From a virus, in the IMG/VR virus record IMGVR_UViG_3300044630_001218, positions 2,280 through 66,279 of that record: a stretch of DNA of 64,000 nt, one strand, 5' to 3'. The position numbers and the translations under genes are program-made. This document shows positions 45,896 to 56,025 of this stretch, piece by piece. The stretch's first letter is position 1. Each line of letters opens with the position of its first letter. Below the pieces are notes generated by a model. That model did no database searches, had not been told where the DNA came from, and saw only the letters and a list, made by a program, of their open reading frames with translations.

Positions 45896-48526
45896 ATGGC
45901 AGTCTCACAATTACCACAAGCCCCGTATAGGCAAGACCGCAAGATCTTCCCAACCCCAATTATTGGGGATGTCTTGTTCAGTGAAGTACGTGACTGCAAT
46001 CGTGGCAACCCGTTCCCTGAATACGGAACCCCGTATCCTAACGCCAACAAATGGCCTAACCATAAACTGGTTTATATTAAGCCAGTTGATATCGAGCGCA
46101 ACGAGATCTTTGAGTTCTTTTATGCAGCAGAGCGCGAGAATCAGGATCTCTACAACTTCGCTTTCGGACTACGGAGTATTGGCAATAGGGAGTTCCGCAC
46201 AGTTACTCGTACCTATGTCACGCTCCGTGAGAACTTCAAGCCGACAGATATCGAGTTTGGTACTCCGATGCTGAACGTACCGGAAGATAAGTTTGAAGGA
46301 GTCAATTACGTTTTCTACGACAAGGAACAGCAGAACACGCAGCAGGAAGAACTGAATGCTCTGTTCGTTATTGAGGCCCACAGCTACGTGGAAGAGGCTG
46401 TGCTCGACGAAGTACTGACGCTTTCTACTGAGAGGCAAGATCCTTTGCCGCCTAAGTTCCGTGTGCTGTCGCCCACTACTACGACAGATGAATTGGCAGA
46501 AGGATCGGTCGAAACGCCAGTACTTACAGGCGACCAGCTCGCAGCGACTGAGGACCAACTCAATACGAATCTCAAACGCAAGCGTACCGTTTCTCGCTCG
46601 TCAGCGGAGAACACCAGCTCGTTGAGTGGTAAACAAGTCACTAATGATCTTCAAGTCGCTAATGTAGTAGAGACCATTGTGCCAGATGGCACAACGATTA
46701 CTACATCCGCTCTTACTGTTGATGGCTCCGTCGAATCATTGGGCAACGGACAAAGCATTCAGCGTGTCATAACTGCACCGGAACTGTTCGCCGCAGAATC
46801 GTATTCTGCTGAAAGGCCGGACGTTGTTCCGGAAAAGTTCCGTACTGCCATTCCGACAACTACGGAAGAGCGGAGTATAGAAGGAATAGCCGAAACGCCA
46901 GTTCTTGAAACTGGTGATATTTCTGCTACAGAACAACAGCAAAATGTTCACGTTAAGAGGACTAGAAAAACTAGACGCGATACAGCGGCTCTTCCTAAAT
47001 CTCTCACTCAAAAAGCCACCACTAACGATAAGCAACTTGCTACCGTTACTGAAACCCTTCAGGTTGGTGATACCGCCACACAGCCGTCGGCGCTTATTGA
47101 TATCCAAAGTGAGGCTTTGGGCGACGGTACATATGTAGTTCGCAAAGTCGAAGTGCCTGAACTTTTTGAAGAAAAGGCTTTCGGTGTTGAAAAGTTTGAC
47201 AATATCCCAGAAAAATTCAGGGCTGAAGTTCCAACGAAAACCCAAACCACAAATAAGATTGGGCAAGTACCGGAACCCCAACTCGCAACTGGAGAACTTT
47301 CAAGAACTACACAGCAGCTGAATGAGTTTGTCTATAAAGAGCAAATCACTAAGCGTGACGTGACAAGCAATGTCGCACTTCCCGAAGTCCAGAGAGCTTA
47401 TGTCGAAGGAACAATTGCCAAAGTTAATGAGAAACTGTCAACAAGCCCGACGATTGAATCTGGTCTACTGATTTCTGAATCCGCCGCCACTCCTATTGGA
47501 GATGGTAAATTCATTGTTCAAACGGTTAAAGTTAATGAATGGCCACAACTTACAAGCTCTGAGTGGGACAACGAGCTTCAGGTACAGGTGCAAAAAACGG
47601 AACAATTTGTTGCTCCGTCTTCGAGTTTTACTGAAGTAAATACTTCTTACCGCGCAGTAAATAAAGATAGATCTCTGAAGGTTACGGAAACTGAGCCTAC
47701 AGCGGCTCTTTCTTCATACGTAATGAGTTTCCCGATTCAGGTTGATGTCCGACTTCCAGATGTGCTTAAATCAATTTCTGTAGTATGGGCAGAAGACTTA
47801 GCTGAAGGCAATTACGACTCTCAGTGGCAGGGCTCTAGTAGCGGTACGTCGTATGGTTTAACGGGCAGTGAGAGTGCCTCTTCTGAATCTTCAGCCAGCA
47901 TTAAGCCAGAACTTATAATCGACATTGAACGTCCATGGGGCGCAGATGTGTCCGCAACAGCGTATTACTTCTTCCTAAAAGGAAACAATAATGTAATAAG
48001 TGAATCAGCATTTTTAAGTAAAGTTTCCCGAATAGCTGGAGCAGCACAACGCTGGCCCACCTTTAAACCAGTATCTCATACTATTGTACTAACTGGTGGC
48101 TCTGCTCAAGTTCAAGCTAAAGTCAATTGGAGCGCAGCTAGATCTGCATCTAGCTCATCCAGTACAAGCGAAAAAACTACAGGACAAGGAACTAGCTACG
48201 GCGTTGGCACATCTTTAAACGCCGTAACAATTTCCCCAACAATTCATGGGGCGATTACAATTAGTGGCGCAGAAGCCAAAACAAAATTAGTCACGTCTAA
48301 TTGTAATTCGGGAACAGGTCCAGTAAGCAACTTTCCTTTCGTCCTAACGGCAGCAGCAGCAAGTCACACCTTAAACGCGGATGTAAATCCTAAAACATTA
48401 GCGGCCACAACCCCTACTGTAATTCCAACATCAGGAAAATACATCCTTAAATCAGAAGTTGTGCCCTACAAATGGGGCTGGGCCCGCTGTTCTGCTGTAG
48501 TTCTTGACGCATCAGTATTAGCATAA
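45896..48526 (+). CDS. Large structural (tail) protein with three ~126-aa internal repeats
   Basis: E..D..P.KFR...PT repeat starts at 46430, 46811 and 47189. Confidence 0.65.
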   Translation: MAVSQLPQAPYRQDRKIFPTPIIGDVLFSEVRDCNRGNPFPEYGTPYPNANKWPNHKLVYIKPVDIERNEIFEFFYAAERENQDLYNFAFGLRSIGNREFRTVTRTYVTLRENFKPTDIEFGTPMLNVPEDKFEGVNYVFYDKEQQNTQQEELNALFVIEAHSYVEEAVLDEVLTLSTERQDPLPPKFRVLSPTTTTDELAEGSVETPVLTGDQLAATEDQLNTNLKRKRTVSRSSAENTSSLSGKQVTNDLQVANVVETIVPDGTTITTSALTVDGSVESLGNGQSIQRVITAPELFAAESYSAERPDVVPEKFRTAIPTTTEERSIEGIAETPVLETGDISATEQQQNVHVKRTRKTRRDTAALPKSLTQKATTNDKQLATVTETLQVGDTATQPSALIDIQSEALGDGTYVVRKVEVPELFEEKAFGVEKFDNIPEKFRAEVPTKTQTTNKIGQVPEPQLATGELSRTTQQLNEFVYKEQITKRDVTSNVALPEVQRAYVEGTIAKVNEKLSTSPTIESGLLISESAATPIGDGKFIVQTVKVNEWPQLTSSEWDNELQVQVQKTEQFVAPSSSFTEVNTSYRAVNKDRSLKVTETEPTAALSSYVMSFPIQVDVRLPDVLKSISVVWAEDLAEGNYDSQWQGSSSGTSYGLTGSESASSESSASIKPELIIDIERPWGADVSATAYYFFLKGNNNVISESAFLSKVSRIAGAAQRWPTFKPVSHTIVLTGGSAQVQAKVNWSAARSASSSSSTSEKTTGQGTSYGVGTSLNAVTISPTIHGAITISGAEAKTKLVTSNCNSGTGPVSNFPFVLTAAAASHTLNADVNPKTLAATTPTVIPTSGKYILKSEVVPYKWGWARCSAVVLDASVLA

Positions 48527-48538
48527 TACTCTAAAAAT

Positions 48539-49093
48539 ATGGCTGAAGAAGATAAGGACGATTTCCGTGCGAAAGAAAGCGCCGCACGTGAAGAGAGGCG
48601 TGCAAAAGAAAATGCTTCGCGTGAAGAGAGGCGTGCAAAAGAGAACGCATCGCGTGAGGATAGGAAGGCGAAGGAAAGCGCATCGCGCGAAAGGAGTCAG
48701 GGAAAGGCCCCAAAGGGAACATCGGAAAGAAAGGCCGCAAGGGAGGAAGCTAACAAGTACGACATCGACACAAAAGGGATGTCTACTAGAGAGATTAAAG
48801 GGGCGGTGTCCGAAGCCAAAGCGGTCGAGGAAGACATGATGAAGTTTATTGAGAAGAGTCTCGGAAACTTTACAGCCAAAAAAGGCGGGGAAGTCGCCCC
48901 GACAAATACACCAGCTACGACTACTAGCAGAATCACAGAAGACAAACCATCTCCATTAACACCAGCTGGGGGGACTCCAAAAGGTAGGGGTGGTGGTGGT
49001 TCTAGTATACCGGAGCCACCTTCTAGTGGGATATATGTGCTCGGCTCTGTCGATGGCGAGATTGAGTGGTTTGAAACTGATAGCTGTAATTAA
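48539..49093 (+). CDS. Charged-repeat protein (KENASREERRA)
   Basis: 11-aa repeats; C-terminal PEPPSSG.YVLGSVDG...W. Confidence 0.65.
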   Translation: MAEEDKDDFRAKESAAREERRAKENASREERRAKENASREDRKAKESASRERSQGKAPKGTSERKAAREEANKYDIDTKGMSTREIKGAVSEAKAVEEDMMKFIEKSLGNFTAKKGGEVAPTNTPATTTSRITEDKPSPLTPAGGTPKGRGGGGSSIPEPPSSGIYVLGSVDGEIEWFETDSCN

Positions 49094-49094
49094 A

Positions 49095-49859
49095 ATGGCA
49101 AATCCAAAAATACCAATCAATAGTTATTATGGGGGCGATATAAATATTGTCCAAATTAAAAGTCGTGCGGGGGAGTATAAGATACCGTGTAGGTGTTGTA
49201 TTTCTTGTTATAGCGGGTCTCCTAGTGGGCCTAATGTATTTGAAATCACAGAAGATGAGTTTTACGACATCGCCACTGCAACTAGTTACACAGCAACTAT
49301 AAGTGGTTCGGTGAGCGCAAAATACATTAGATATCTTAGCGGCCAATTCTGCCAACTCGGACAGTATACAAATTTTAAAGGCGAGGGAGTTTCCGAAGCC
49401 CTCATCAATTTGAGTGAGACGCGAATATCAAGTGGTTGTCAGCTAAACTACCTAAACTTAAGCTATGTACAAGACACATGGCACGAAAACTGGACAGTTA
49501 TTGAGGGTCCCCCGTGTGATCCCCCTGTAGAGGAGACAAGCGGAAACGACTACTCTCAAGACATTATAAAGTTTGGATTTCTATCATCTCTTTGGAGCGC
49601 AGATGATAAATTTTATTTGCAGCTAGACTTTCCTAACAATACTTATCAAAGTAGGGGTGTTGTAGATGGCACATTTTTGTTTTTACCTGACTACCAACAA
49701 CCACCTTCAGGATATATTCAATCAAATGGGGGTTGTTCTTTTTCTATAAACGGGAATGTTGTGAATCTTATAGCTTATGAATATGTCACACCATATGGCC
49801 CGCCCCCAGAATTTAGACCTATTTTTACAGCAAATCTTTCTTTTGAGGTTAATATGTAG
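49095..49859 (+). CDS. Cys-containing hypothetical protein (AT-rich gene)
   Basis: ATG 1 nt after the upstream stop; PCRCCISC motif. Confidence 0.6.
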   Translation: MANPKIPINSYYGGDINIVQIKSRAGEYKIPCRCCISCYSGSPSGPNVFEITEDEFYDIATATSYTATISGSVSAKYIRYLSGQFCQLGQYTNFKGEGVSEALINLSETRISSGCQLNYLNLSYVQDTWHENWTVIEGPPCDPPVEETSGNDYSQDIIKFGFLSSLWSADDKFYLQLDFPNNTYQSRGVVDGTFLFLPDYQQPPSGYIQSNGGCSFSINGNVVNLIAYEYVTPYGPPPEFRPIFTANLSFEVNM

Positions 49860-49889
49860 TAGTTTTTGGTTTAACATAACAATAATCTA

Positions 49890-50312
49890 ATGAATTGCCA
49901 ATATAGAAATATATCTTATCCTATTTGCGGATTGGGGTTATATAAAGGAATGCCAAGTATAGGAATGTGTAATTTGTGTATAGAGAAAGAAGAAAATACT
50001 ATTAAACACGCGCAGACCGTGTTAGATAAAAAAAATATCAATATCCGGCTAACGAATCAAGTTGAAGCTCAAGTCGAAACCCAAGTTGAAGCACAAGTTA
50101 AGTCTCTAGCAAAAGCAATAACTAAATGGGGCTCGTCCGGATTTCAAATAACTGACCCATCTGTATTTAATCAAAGAATGACAACCTGCAAAGGATGCGA
50201 GTTTTGGGACTCAGAGGCACTCAACGGCACTGGACGCTGCCGCAAATGTGGCTGTTCCACATGGGCCAAACTAAGGATGGCCACTGAAAAGTGCCCTATT
50301 GACAAGTGGTAA
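49890..50312 (+). CDS. Cys-rich zinc-binding protein
   Basis: R...CKGC...RCRKCGC...K......CP..KW. Confidence 0.7.
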   Translation: MNCQYRNISYPICGLGLYKGMPSIGMCNLCIEKEENTIKHAQTVLDKKNINIRLTNQVEAQVETQVEAQVKSLAKAITKWGSSGFQITDPSVFNQRMTTCKGCEFWDSEALNGTGRCRKCGCSTWAKLRMATEKCPIDKW

Positions 50313-50320
50313 AGAATTAC

Positions 50321-50349
50321 TTGACAACTGATAGCCGACAACCTACCCT
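50321..50349 (+). promoter_or_regulatory. Sigma70-type promoter
   Basis: TTGACA-17-TACCCT, 10 nt before ATG 50360. Confidence 0.6.
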
Positions 50350-50359
50350 CTGACCTGTA

Positions 50360-50488
50360 ATGAAAACTAAGACCAAAAAGCAAGTAGCCTACCTGCTCAG
50401 TAAGGTTAGCCCCCTCAGTAATAAGGAGCAGGGCAAACTGAAGGGTGAGCTTCACAGCGGTGAAGTCAAAACCAAACCCAAAAAGTAA
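50360..50488 (+). CDS. 42-aa basic microprotein
   Basis: MKTKTKKQVAYLLSKVSPLS...ELHSGEVKTKPKK; TAATG-coupled to the next gene. Confidence 0.6.
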   Translation: MKTKTKKQVAYLLSKVSPLSNKEQGKLKGELHSGEVKTKPKK

Positions 50489-51432
50489 TGCCCGCCACTA
50501 CGGTAAATCAGCTGGTTCCGATGCTCAGTCAGTACATCGAACCAGACGGCGAGTTCAAGACAAGCCTTAATCAGGTCTTGTCTCGTATCTACAACATGGG
50601 GACTTACCGTGATCTTACTATCCAGTACAGTCTGCCTGTTGTTGACAATTGCGTTACGCTGCCGGACGAAGCTGATTCGGTACTTCACACCATTGTGGAT
50701 AACCAGCCAGTGCCCGTCCGTTCTTTGTGGCACGACTTCAAATCGGTCGGCATGGGGGTCGGCGCAGCTGACCTTACATGGGGTCTGGTTGACGCTGGTT
50801 TTCACCCGTTGAAGCGGTTGATTACTACCGCTACCGATACTTTGCACATTGTTCCGTCCGACCAGTCACCGACGAAAACCAATTTCAATCCTAATGACGG
50901 CGGCGAGATCGTGGTCACAGCGACAGATGGCGATAAGATTTATCAGTCAACCACCGATACCGTATCTGATAACGACGTCCCTCTCACGTTCGCAGAGGAC
51001 ATTAACGCTGTGATTAGTATCCGCTTCGACGGTCTTACGGATGCCTACGACATCCGAACTACTGCGGGTAATTCCGATACCACAATTGCCACAGTCGGAC
51101 CGGATTCCGGCGTCACTCGCTATCGTAGGTTCAGACTGAACCGTTCGACCAATGACGAGACTGTCGTTCATGTTCTCTGCAAACGAGCCTTCCAGCCTGT
51201 GCGCTCCGATAACGACATCGTGTATGTCGGCAATGTCGGTGCTTTGAAGCACGGTCTTATGGGCCGCTTGATGGAGGACAACGCTGATATCGAGCGTGCT
51301 GAATACCACTGGAACAAGTGCATGCAGCTAATGGAAGAGGAAGCCGCCACCTCAAGGGGCGCTGCCATTCCGAGGCTGAATGTTGATCCATACGGTACTG
51401 GCAACCTTAATCGTATTTACCAACTGTACTAA
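50488..51432 (+). CDS. Probable head-tail adaptor/tail tubular protein
   Basis: N-terminal helices (LNQVL.RIY), TLP, C-terminal ALKHG...AEYHW helix pair. Confidence 0.5.
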   Translation: MPATTVNQLVPMLSQYIEPDGEFKTSLNQVLSRIYNMGTYRDLTIQYSLPVVDNCVTLPDEADSVLHTIVDNQPVPVRSLWHDFKSVGMGVGAADLTWGLVDAGFHPLKRLITTATDTLHIVPSDQSPTKTNFNPNDGGEIVVTATDGDKIYQSTTDTVSDNDVPLTFAEDINAVISIRFDGLTDAYDIRTTAGNSDTTIATVGPDSGVTRYRRFRLNRSTNDETVVHVLCKRAFQPVRSDNDIVYVGNVGALKHGLMGRLMEDNADIERAEYHWNKCMQLMEEEAATSRGAAIPRLNVDPYGTGNLNRIYQLY

Positions 51433-51956
51433 TGATAGTTATTAAACCTTCCGGTGAAGACCGGAAACAAGCACGCGCTGAAGCCAAAGCGATGGGTGTG
51501 CTCAGGGGCTCAATCGCAAGAGGTCGGGGCAACGAGATTGGAATGATGGGCGAGATGCTTGTCCACCGCGAGATCGGAGGCAGTAGAGTAGGCGACATAA
51601 ACTTCGCTTACGACATCACTATGCCAGACGGCGTAACCATTGACGTGAAAACGACTAAGGCCGCTAGTGTGCCGGAACCCCATTATGTGGCTCGCGTGTA
51701 CGGTGCAGAGTCCAGTGCAGAAAAGATAGGCAGCAAATGTGATGTCTACTATTTCGTTAGGTGTAACCAACAAATGACTCTCGCCACTATTATTGGTTGG
51801 TTGCCAGCAAAAGAGTTTATTGCGAAAGCAACCTTCCTGCCTAAAGGCAATGTTGATCCAAATGATGGCAAGCTATCTTTCTCTGATGAGTTTGTGGTAC
51901 CCATCTCAGAACTGAACCCGCCCTCCGTGAAGATCACGAAGAAGCGGGTTCGTTAG
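51432..51956 (+). CDS. PD-(D/E)xK-like nuclease-fold protein
   Basis: G..GE, YDI, IDVKTT, DVYYFV, IIGW. Confidence 0.6.
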   Translation: MIVIKPSGEDRKQARAEAKAMGVLRGSIARGRGNEIGMMGEMLVHREIGGSRVGDINFAYDITMPDGVTIDVKTTKAASVPEPHYVARVYGAESSAEKIGSKCDVYYFVRCNQQMTLATIIGWLPAKEFIAKATFLPKGNVDPNDGKLSFSDEFVVPISELNPPSVKITKKRVR

Positions 51957-51960
51957 TTCC

Positions 51961-54117
51961 TTAGAAGTCGCCACCTTGATCGATGTCGTACGCCTCTGAG
52001 AGATCGATCTCCCAGATCTTGCCGCCACCTTGACCCTTGCTCCGTACCGGACGGACGTTCTTGTTGTGCTGACTTACCTCTTCGAGGACCGTCATGCCGC
52101 GACGGACGAACTCCAGATTTCCGCTGTTGCCGACGCTACGACCGCCGTTACATTCTTGTAGCACAACGGTGAACTCAGTAAGAGTGCCACGCCACTTGGT
52201 AAGAGATACGGTTTCACGGACCTTCTTAGCGAAGAACTCCACCATTTCCGCAATAGCAGAACGCGAGCTATTGTCGTAAGCTGCGGCTTCGATGAATGAG
52301 TCGATATAGGTCTTAACGCCGAATCGGTTGGAGTCCTTTATCTCAATCGGTACCTGCCAGTCGTAAAGCCACTTGAGGAAGAACGGCAGTTCGGTGTTGA
52401 TCGTGTTCTCTACGAACTCGTTTGAGCCGAACTTCACCTTGTGTCCGCTATTGATGCGCAACGCAATGATCTTGTCTCGGTTACTACTGTCAAGTGACGG
52501 CAGAGCGGCAAGGGAGTTGGCATCAAGGTTGAGGGACATCATAACCCTACCGGACCACGGCAACGGAATAGCATCCGCATACTTCGCATGGTACTCAAGT
52601 CTAGGGTTGGCTACACACCTCTTGGTAAGCTCGACGAACTTACGCTGATCGGCGTAGGTCGCTGCTGCTGTCTGGTCGTCCACAACCCAAGCGGCAGATC
52701 CGCAGAGGTCACGGTTAAAGCTGGTCTTGCCTGACAGATAGTCCGAGGCATCACTAAACCCGCCGACCGAAGCACCAATAATTTTGTTGGTGAGTAGGGT
52801 CTTACCGTGTCCGGCTGGTCCCAATAGGATCATCAGTTGCCCTTGATCGAGTCGGCATTCCAGCACCGCTTTGTACAGGCGTTGGAACCACGCTAGGAAA
52901 TACGGCAGCGTTTCCTTGCCGTCACTGTCCTTTGCAAAGAACGGCATGAGATATGAATGAATCCACGGCCAGTTAGCTGGATCTCCATTGTCGGCTGGCT
53001 GCACGGCGTTTGCCCTACAGTTGTTGAGGATCTTTCTGCCGTAGTAGTCAACCACTCGCTCTTTGGAGAACACGACAGGCGCGACCTCTTCGACACGGCA
53101 GTCGTTGGAGATAGTGAGGATAGCTTGTTCGATCTCCGACACCGTCTGGTTCTTCTTGAGTTTAGGGCTAAAGCCAGCCTTGCGCAGTTCGAGCACCAAT
53201 TGTTCTTTCGGTATTACCACAGGTCCGCCGTTGAGGAGCTTATAGAATGACTTGCCGTTGAACCAGTATTGGTCTAGTAGAGTAGACAGTTTCTTCTCCT
53301 CGTACTGGTCGACGAACTTCTTACCGAAGATCGAACCCCACGACTTGAACCCTGTACCCGCACGGTCTGAGTAGCAGATCATTCCGTCTTCCCGTACCTG
53401 ACAGCCGTCGCGGTCGATGCCGTCGTCAATCCAGAACAGTGGTCCGCGAGCACCTACGGTAAACTCACCTTTCCATCGGTTCGGGAACTTACGCGCAACT
53501 TCCGCTGCAATGTCATCGAGCGGGATGTTGGTTTCGTCGGTCTTGATTGGTGTGTCGTTTGCCGATTTCAGCAACACGGTACGGACAAAGGATATGGAAA
53601 TAGGGTCCCCGATACGGGTCCAGTCTGCGCCCAACTCAAAGTACTGCGACACCTTCAAGCTGGTCTTGTCGAAACCAGCAAGCAGCATCGATGCTTTGAG
53701 CGCGTCACTCAACCGCTTCATAAAGGAGTCGGCAAGTGCTGGAGCGAGTGGAAGTGGCTTGTCAAATTCCCACACAAGTCGGATGTAACCAGACTGAGTT
53801 TTGGTACGCCATGTTGGCATGTGTCCGCCCTCGCAGCGGATCTTGAGAGTCTCGTCGATCTTGTCCCAATCGACAGGAGCGTCGAAGTCAGCGACAAATC
53901 CGTGTATCTTATGTACTGGATTGTCTTCGCTGATGCGGGCGTTTGGGCTGTCGCCCTCTGCCATAGAATAGAAACAGTGGTCGGTGTTTGCATCGGCGCA
54001 CCATGCCCGATACTCAGCCTTAGAGGCAAACTGTGGTTTGTTAAATGATAGGGTTGATGGGTCGTCGATTACGGTTACTGTAGTTGCGCGATGATTTTTA
54101 AGGTATCTGTATTTCAT
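51961..54117 (-). CDS. Primase-helicase (primase-like N-terminus + SF3/DUF5906-type helicase)
   Basis: FVADFD, TQSGYIRLVW; Walker A GPAGHGKT; WVVDD; MSLN. Confidence 0.8.
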   Translation of the reverse strand: MKYRYLKNHRATTVTVIDDPSTLSFNKPQFASKAEYRAWCADANTDHCFYSMAEGDSPNARISEDNPVHKIHGFVADFDAPVDWDKIDETLKIRCEGGHMPTWRTKTQSGYIRLVWEFDKPLPLAPALADSFMKRLSDALKASMLLAGFDKTSLKVSQYFELGADWTRIGDPISISFVRTVLLKSANDTPIKTDETNIPLDDIAAEVARKFPNRWKGEFTVGARGPLFWIDDGIDRDGCQVREDGMICYSDRAGTGFKSWGSIFGKKFVDQYEEKKLSTLLDQYWFNGKSFYKLLNGGPVVIPKEQLVLELRKAGFSPKLKKNQTVSEIEQAILTISNDCRVEEVAPVVFSKERVVDYYGRKILNNCRANAVQPADNGDPANWPWIHSYLMPFFAKDSDGKETLPYFLAWFQRLYKAVLECRLDQGQLMILLGPAGHGKTLLTNKIIGASVGGFSDASDYLSGKTSFNRDLCGSAAWVVDDQTAAATYADQRKFVELTKRCVANPRLEYHAKYADAIPLPWSGRVMMSLNLDANSLAALPSLDSSNRDKIIALRINSGHKVKFGSNEFVENTINTELPFFLKWLYDWQVPIEIKDSNRFGVKTYIDSFIEAAAYDNSSRSAIAEMVEFFAKKVRETVSLTKWRGTLTEFTVVLQECNGGRSVGNSGNLEFVRRGMTVLEEVSQHNKNVRPVRSKGQGGGKIWEIDLSEAYDIDQGGDF

Positions 54118-54184
54118 AAACGTTGTGTCGGTTGATGACGTGCCGACTGCACGGTTGTTGTTTTGGGTCTACACAAGCAAACTA

Positions 54185-55957
54185 TTACTTGGTGTAGTAG
54201 TCGAGTACATGTCCCTCAGCGGCGACCGGAATGTCCGGAATCCACTGCGGGGGTGTGTGCATAATTTCAAGGATCTTTGCAAGAGCTTCTTCAGCTTGTG
54301 CTTCCGGTACTTCGCAAACCATTTCGTCATGAACGTGCAGGATAACTGGAAATCCTGCCGCGTCAACGCGGAGCATCATGTCTGAGAAAATGTCTCTGGC
54401 TAAACCTTGAGACAAGTTTTCAGTAAGGATACCACCCCATAGGGGGAAGTCCCGCAGCTGCCCGTTACGGACGATCTTTCCGATATGGCGGAATCGATTG
54501 ACCGAACCAGCCTCCTTCATCCGCTTGATCTTTCCGTAGCGGAGTGATCGACCGGACGGAAGCTCTAGCTCGAAGGGCTCTCCGACGGCACAGGCGGTTG
54601 CCATATTCTGGTCGAGTGAACGCCAGAACTTCGGTACTGTGGGCATACGATCGCGGTACAGCTTAACTGCTTTCTCAGCCTCCTCCATAGACATGCCACT
54701 GAATGTGGAGAATTTGGTGGCCCCCATTCCGTATCCGCAGCCCAACGCGATTGATTTCACCTTGTGCCGCAACTGCTTGTCGTACTCTTTCAACGGACCG
54801 TTGTCCGGATTGTGTAGTCCCAACAGCACACCGAACGCATGGTAGATGTCGTCTGAGTCGCGGATGAGGTCGAGGGCTTTCCTGTCTTCAGCAAGCCAGC
54901 ACAATGTGCGCACCTCGATCTGTGAAAGGTCAACGACGACCAGCTTGTAGCCCTCTTTGGGTCGGATCATGTGGCGGAAGTTGACTCCGAACATCTCATC
55001 CCTCGGAAGGTTTTGCAAGTTGAGGTTGCCGCCACTGCCACTGAATCGGGCTGTCGGGTTAGCTCCACAGTACATCAGTCCGCCGTAGTACCTGCCGTCA
55101 GGCATCGTACCGGAATCGAACGCTTCGAGCTTACGGAGGAATGCATTAATGCGGCGGTAGTTCTGCACGCCCCTTGCCCACGGACATGCGTCTTGGAATG
55201 CAGCAAACCATTTGTCAGCATCTTCATTACCAGCAGCAATAGAGGCTGGTGGTTCGATGCCTTGCTTACGGCACTGCTCGTTAAACGCTTTGCGTGATAG
55301 CGGGGTGTGTTCCGAAATCCACGGAATGGACTGCTCTGCATTAAACAGCTCAGTGCGGATATTCTCAAGGTTCTTCTTGAGGAGTTCAGTGTCGATCGGA
55401 ATGCCGCGCTGCCCGACTCTGCGATTCAAGTAGCTGATATCCCGCTCGGCTTGGGGCCACCTATCAGACAGTTCTTGCCACAAGCGAAGACAGAGTTCGG
55501 AGTCTTTAACTGCGTACTCGGTGACTTCTTTTTTGAAGTCGTCTGTCATCGCGCCCCATTGCTTGCCCTTCATGTTATCACGGGTAGTCTTGTTGACTTC
55601 CAGACCGAACACGGTGGATGAGGCGTTTTTAAGGGATCTCGGTAGGCCCAAGAAGGCAGTCATGTCTGCGGTACAGTGCCATTCAGATGGGCTGCATGGC
55701 TTAAACCAGCCAACCTCTACGCCGTACAGGTAAAGGCTTTGGTCGAAAGCGGCGTTGTGAGAAAGCACAACATGGTCGGTAAGGATCGACCAGTCAAATT
55801 CTCTCGGGCATCCGGCATAAACAAACCCGTCATCGCCTACAACTGTAACCATATAGGCATCGAATAGCGGGTGGGAGAAATAGCCTCTAGGGCCTAAAGT
55901 TGTGATGGAACAATCTCCATCGTAGTAGGACTCGAAGTCCACTGCGTAAGTTATCAT
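54185..55957 (-). CDS. polA: DNA polymerase family A with 3'-5' exonuclease
   Basis: VDFES, HNAAFD; TARFSG, NLQNLP, motif A DLSQIEVR, motif B RHKVKSIALGCGYG, motif C HVHDE. Confidence 0.95.
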   Translation of the reverse strand: MITYAVDFESYYDGDCSITTLGPRGYFSHPLFDAYMVTVVGDDGFVYAGCPREFDWSILTDHVVLSHNAAFDQSLYLYGVEVGWFKPCSPSEWHCTADMTAFLGLPRSLKNASSTVFGLEVNKTTRDNMKGKQWGAMTDDFKKEVTEYAVKDSELCLRLWQELSDRWPQAERDISYLNRRVGQRGIPIDTELLKKNLENIRTELFNAEQSIPWISEHTPLSRKAFNEQCRKQGIEPPASIAAGNEDADKWFAAFQDACPWARGVQNYRRINAFLRKLEAFDSGTMPDGRYYGGLMYCGANPTARFSGSGGNLNLQNLPRDEMFGVNFRHMIRPKEGYKLVVVDLSQIEVRTLCWLAEDRKALDLIRDSDDIYHAFGVLLGLHNPDNGPLKEYDKQLRHKVKSIALGCGYGMGATKFSTFSGMSMEEAEKAVKLYRDRMPTVPKFWRSLDQNMATACAVGEPFELELPSGRSLRYGKIKRMKEAGSVNRFRHIGKIVRNGQLRDFPLWGGILTENLSQGLARDIFSDMMLRVDAAGFPVILHVHDEMVCEVPEAQAEEALAKILEIMHTPPQWIPDIPVAAEGHVLDYYTK

Positions 55958-55978
55958 GTGTGTCGTGAGGATAAAGTG

Positions 55979-56017
55979 AACCCGCACAATACACCCAATG
56001 AGTGTACTGTGCGGGTT
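55979..56017 (-). terminator. Long hairpin just upstream of polA
   Basis: Minus strand aacccgcacagtacactca-t-tgggtgtattgtgcgggtt; pairs with G-U only on the minus strand; weak U tract. Confidence 0.55.
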
Positions 56018-56025
56018 GGGTGTAG

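Noticed and set aside
37173-50312. Diversity-generating retroelement acting on the fibres
   Set aside because: No reverse transcriptase and no template/variable repeat pair differing at adenines; the repeats seen are in-frame tandem duplications
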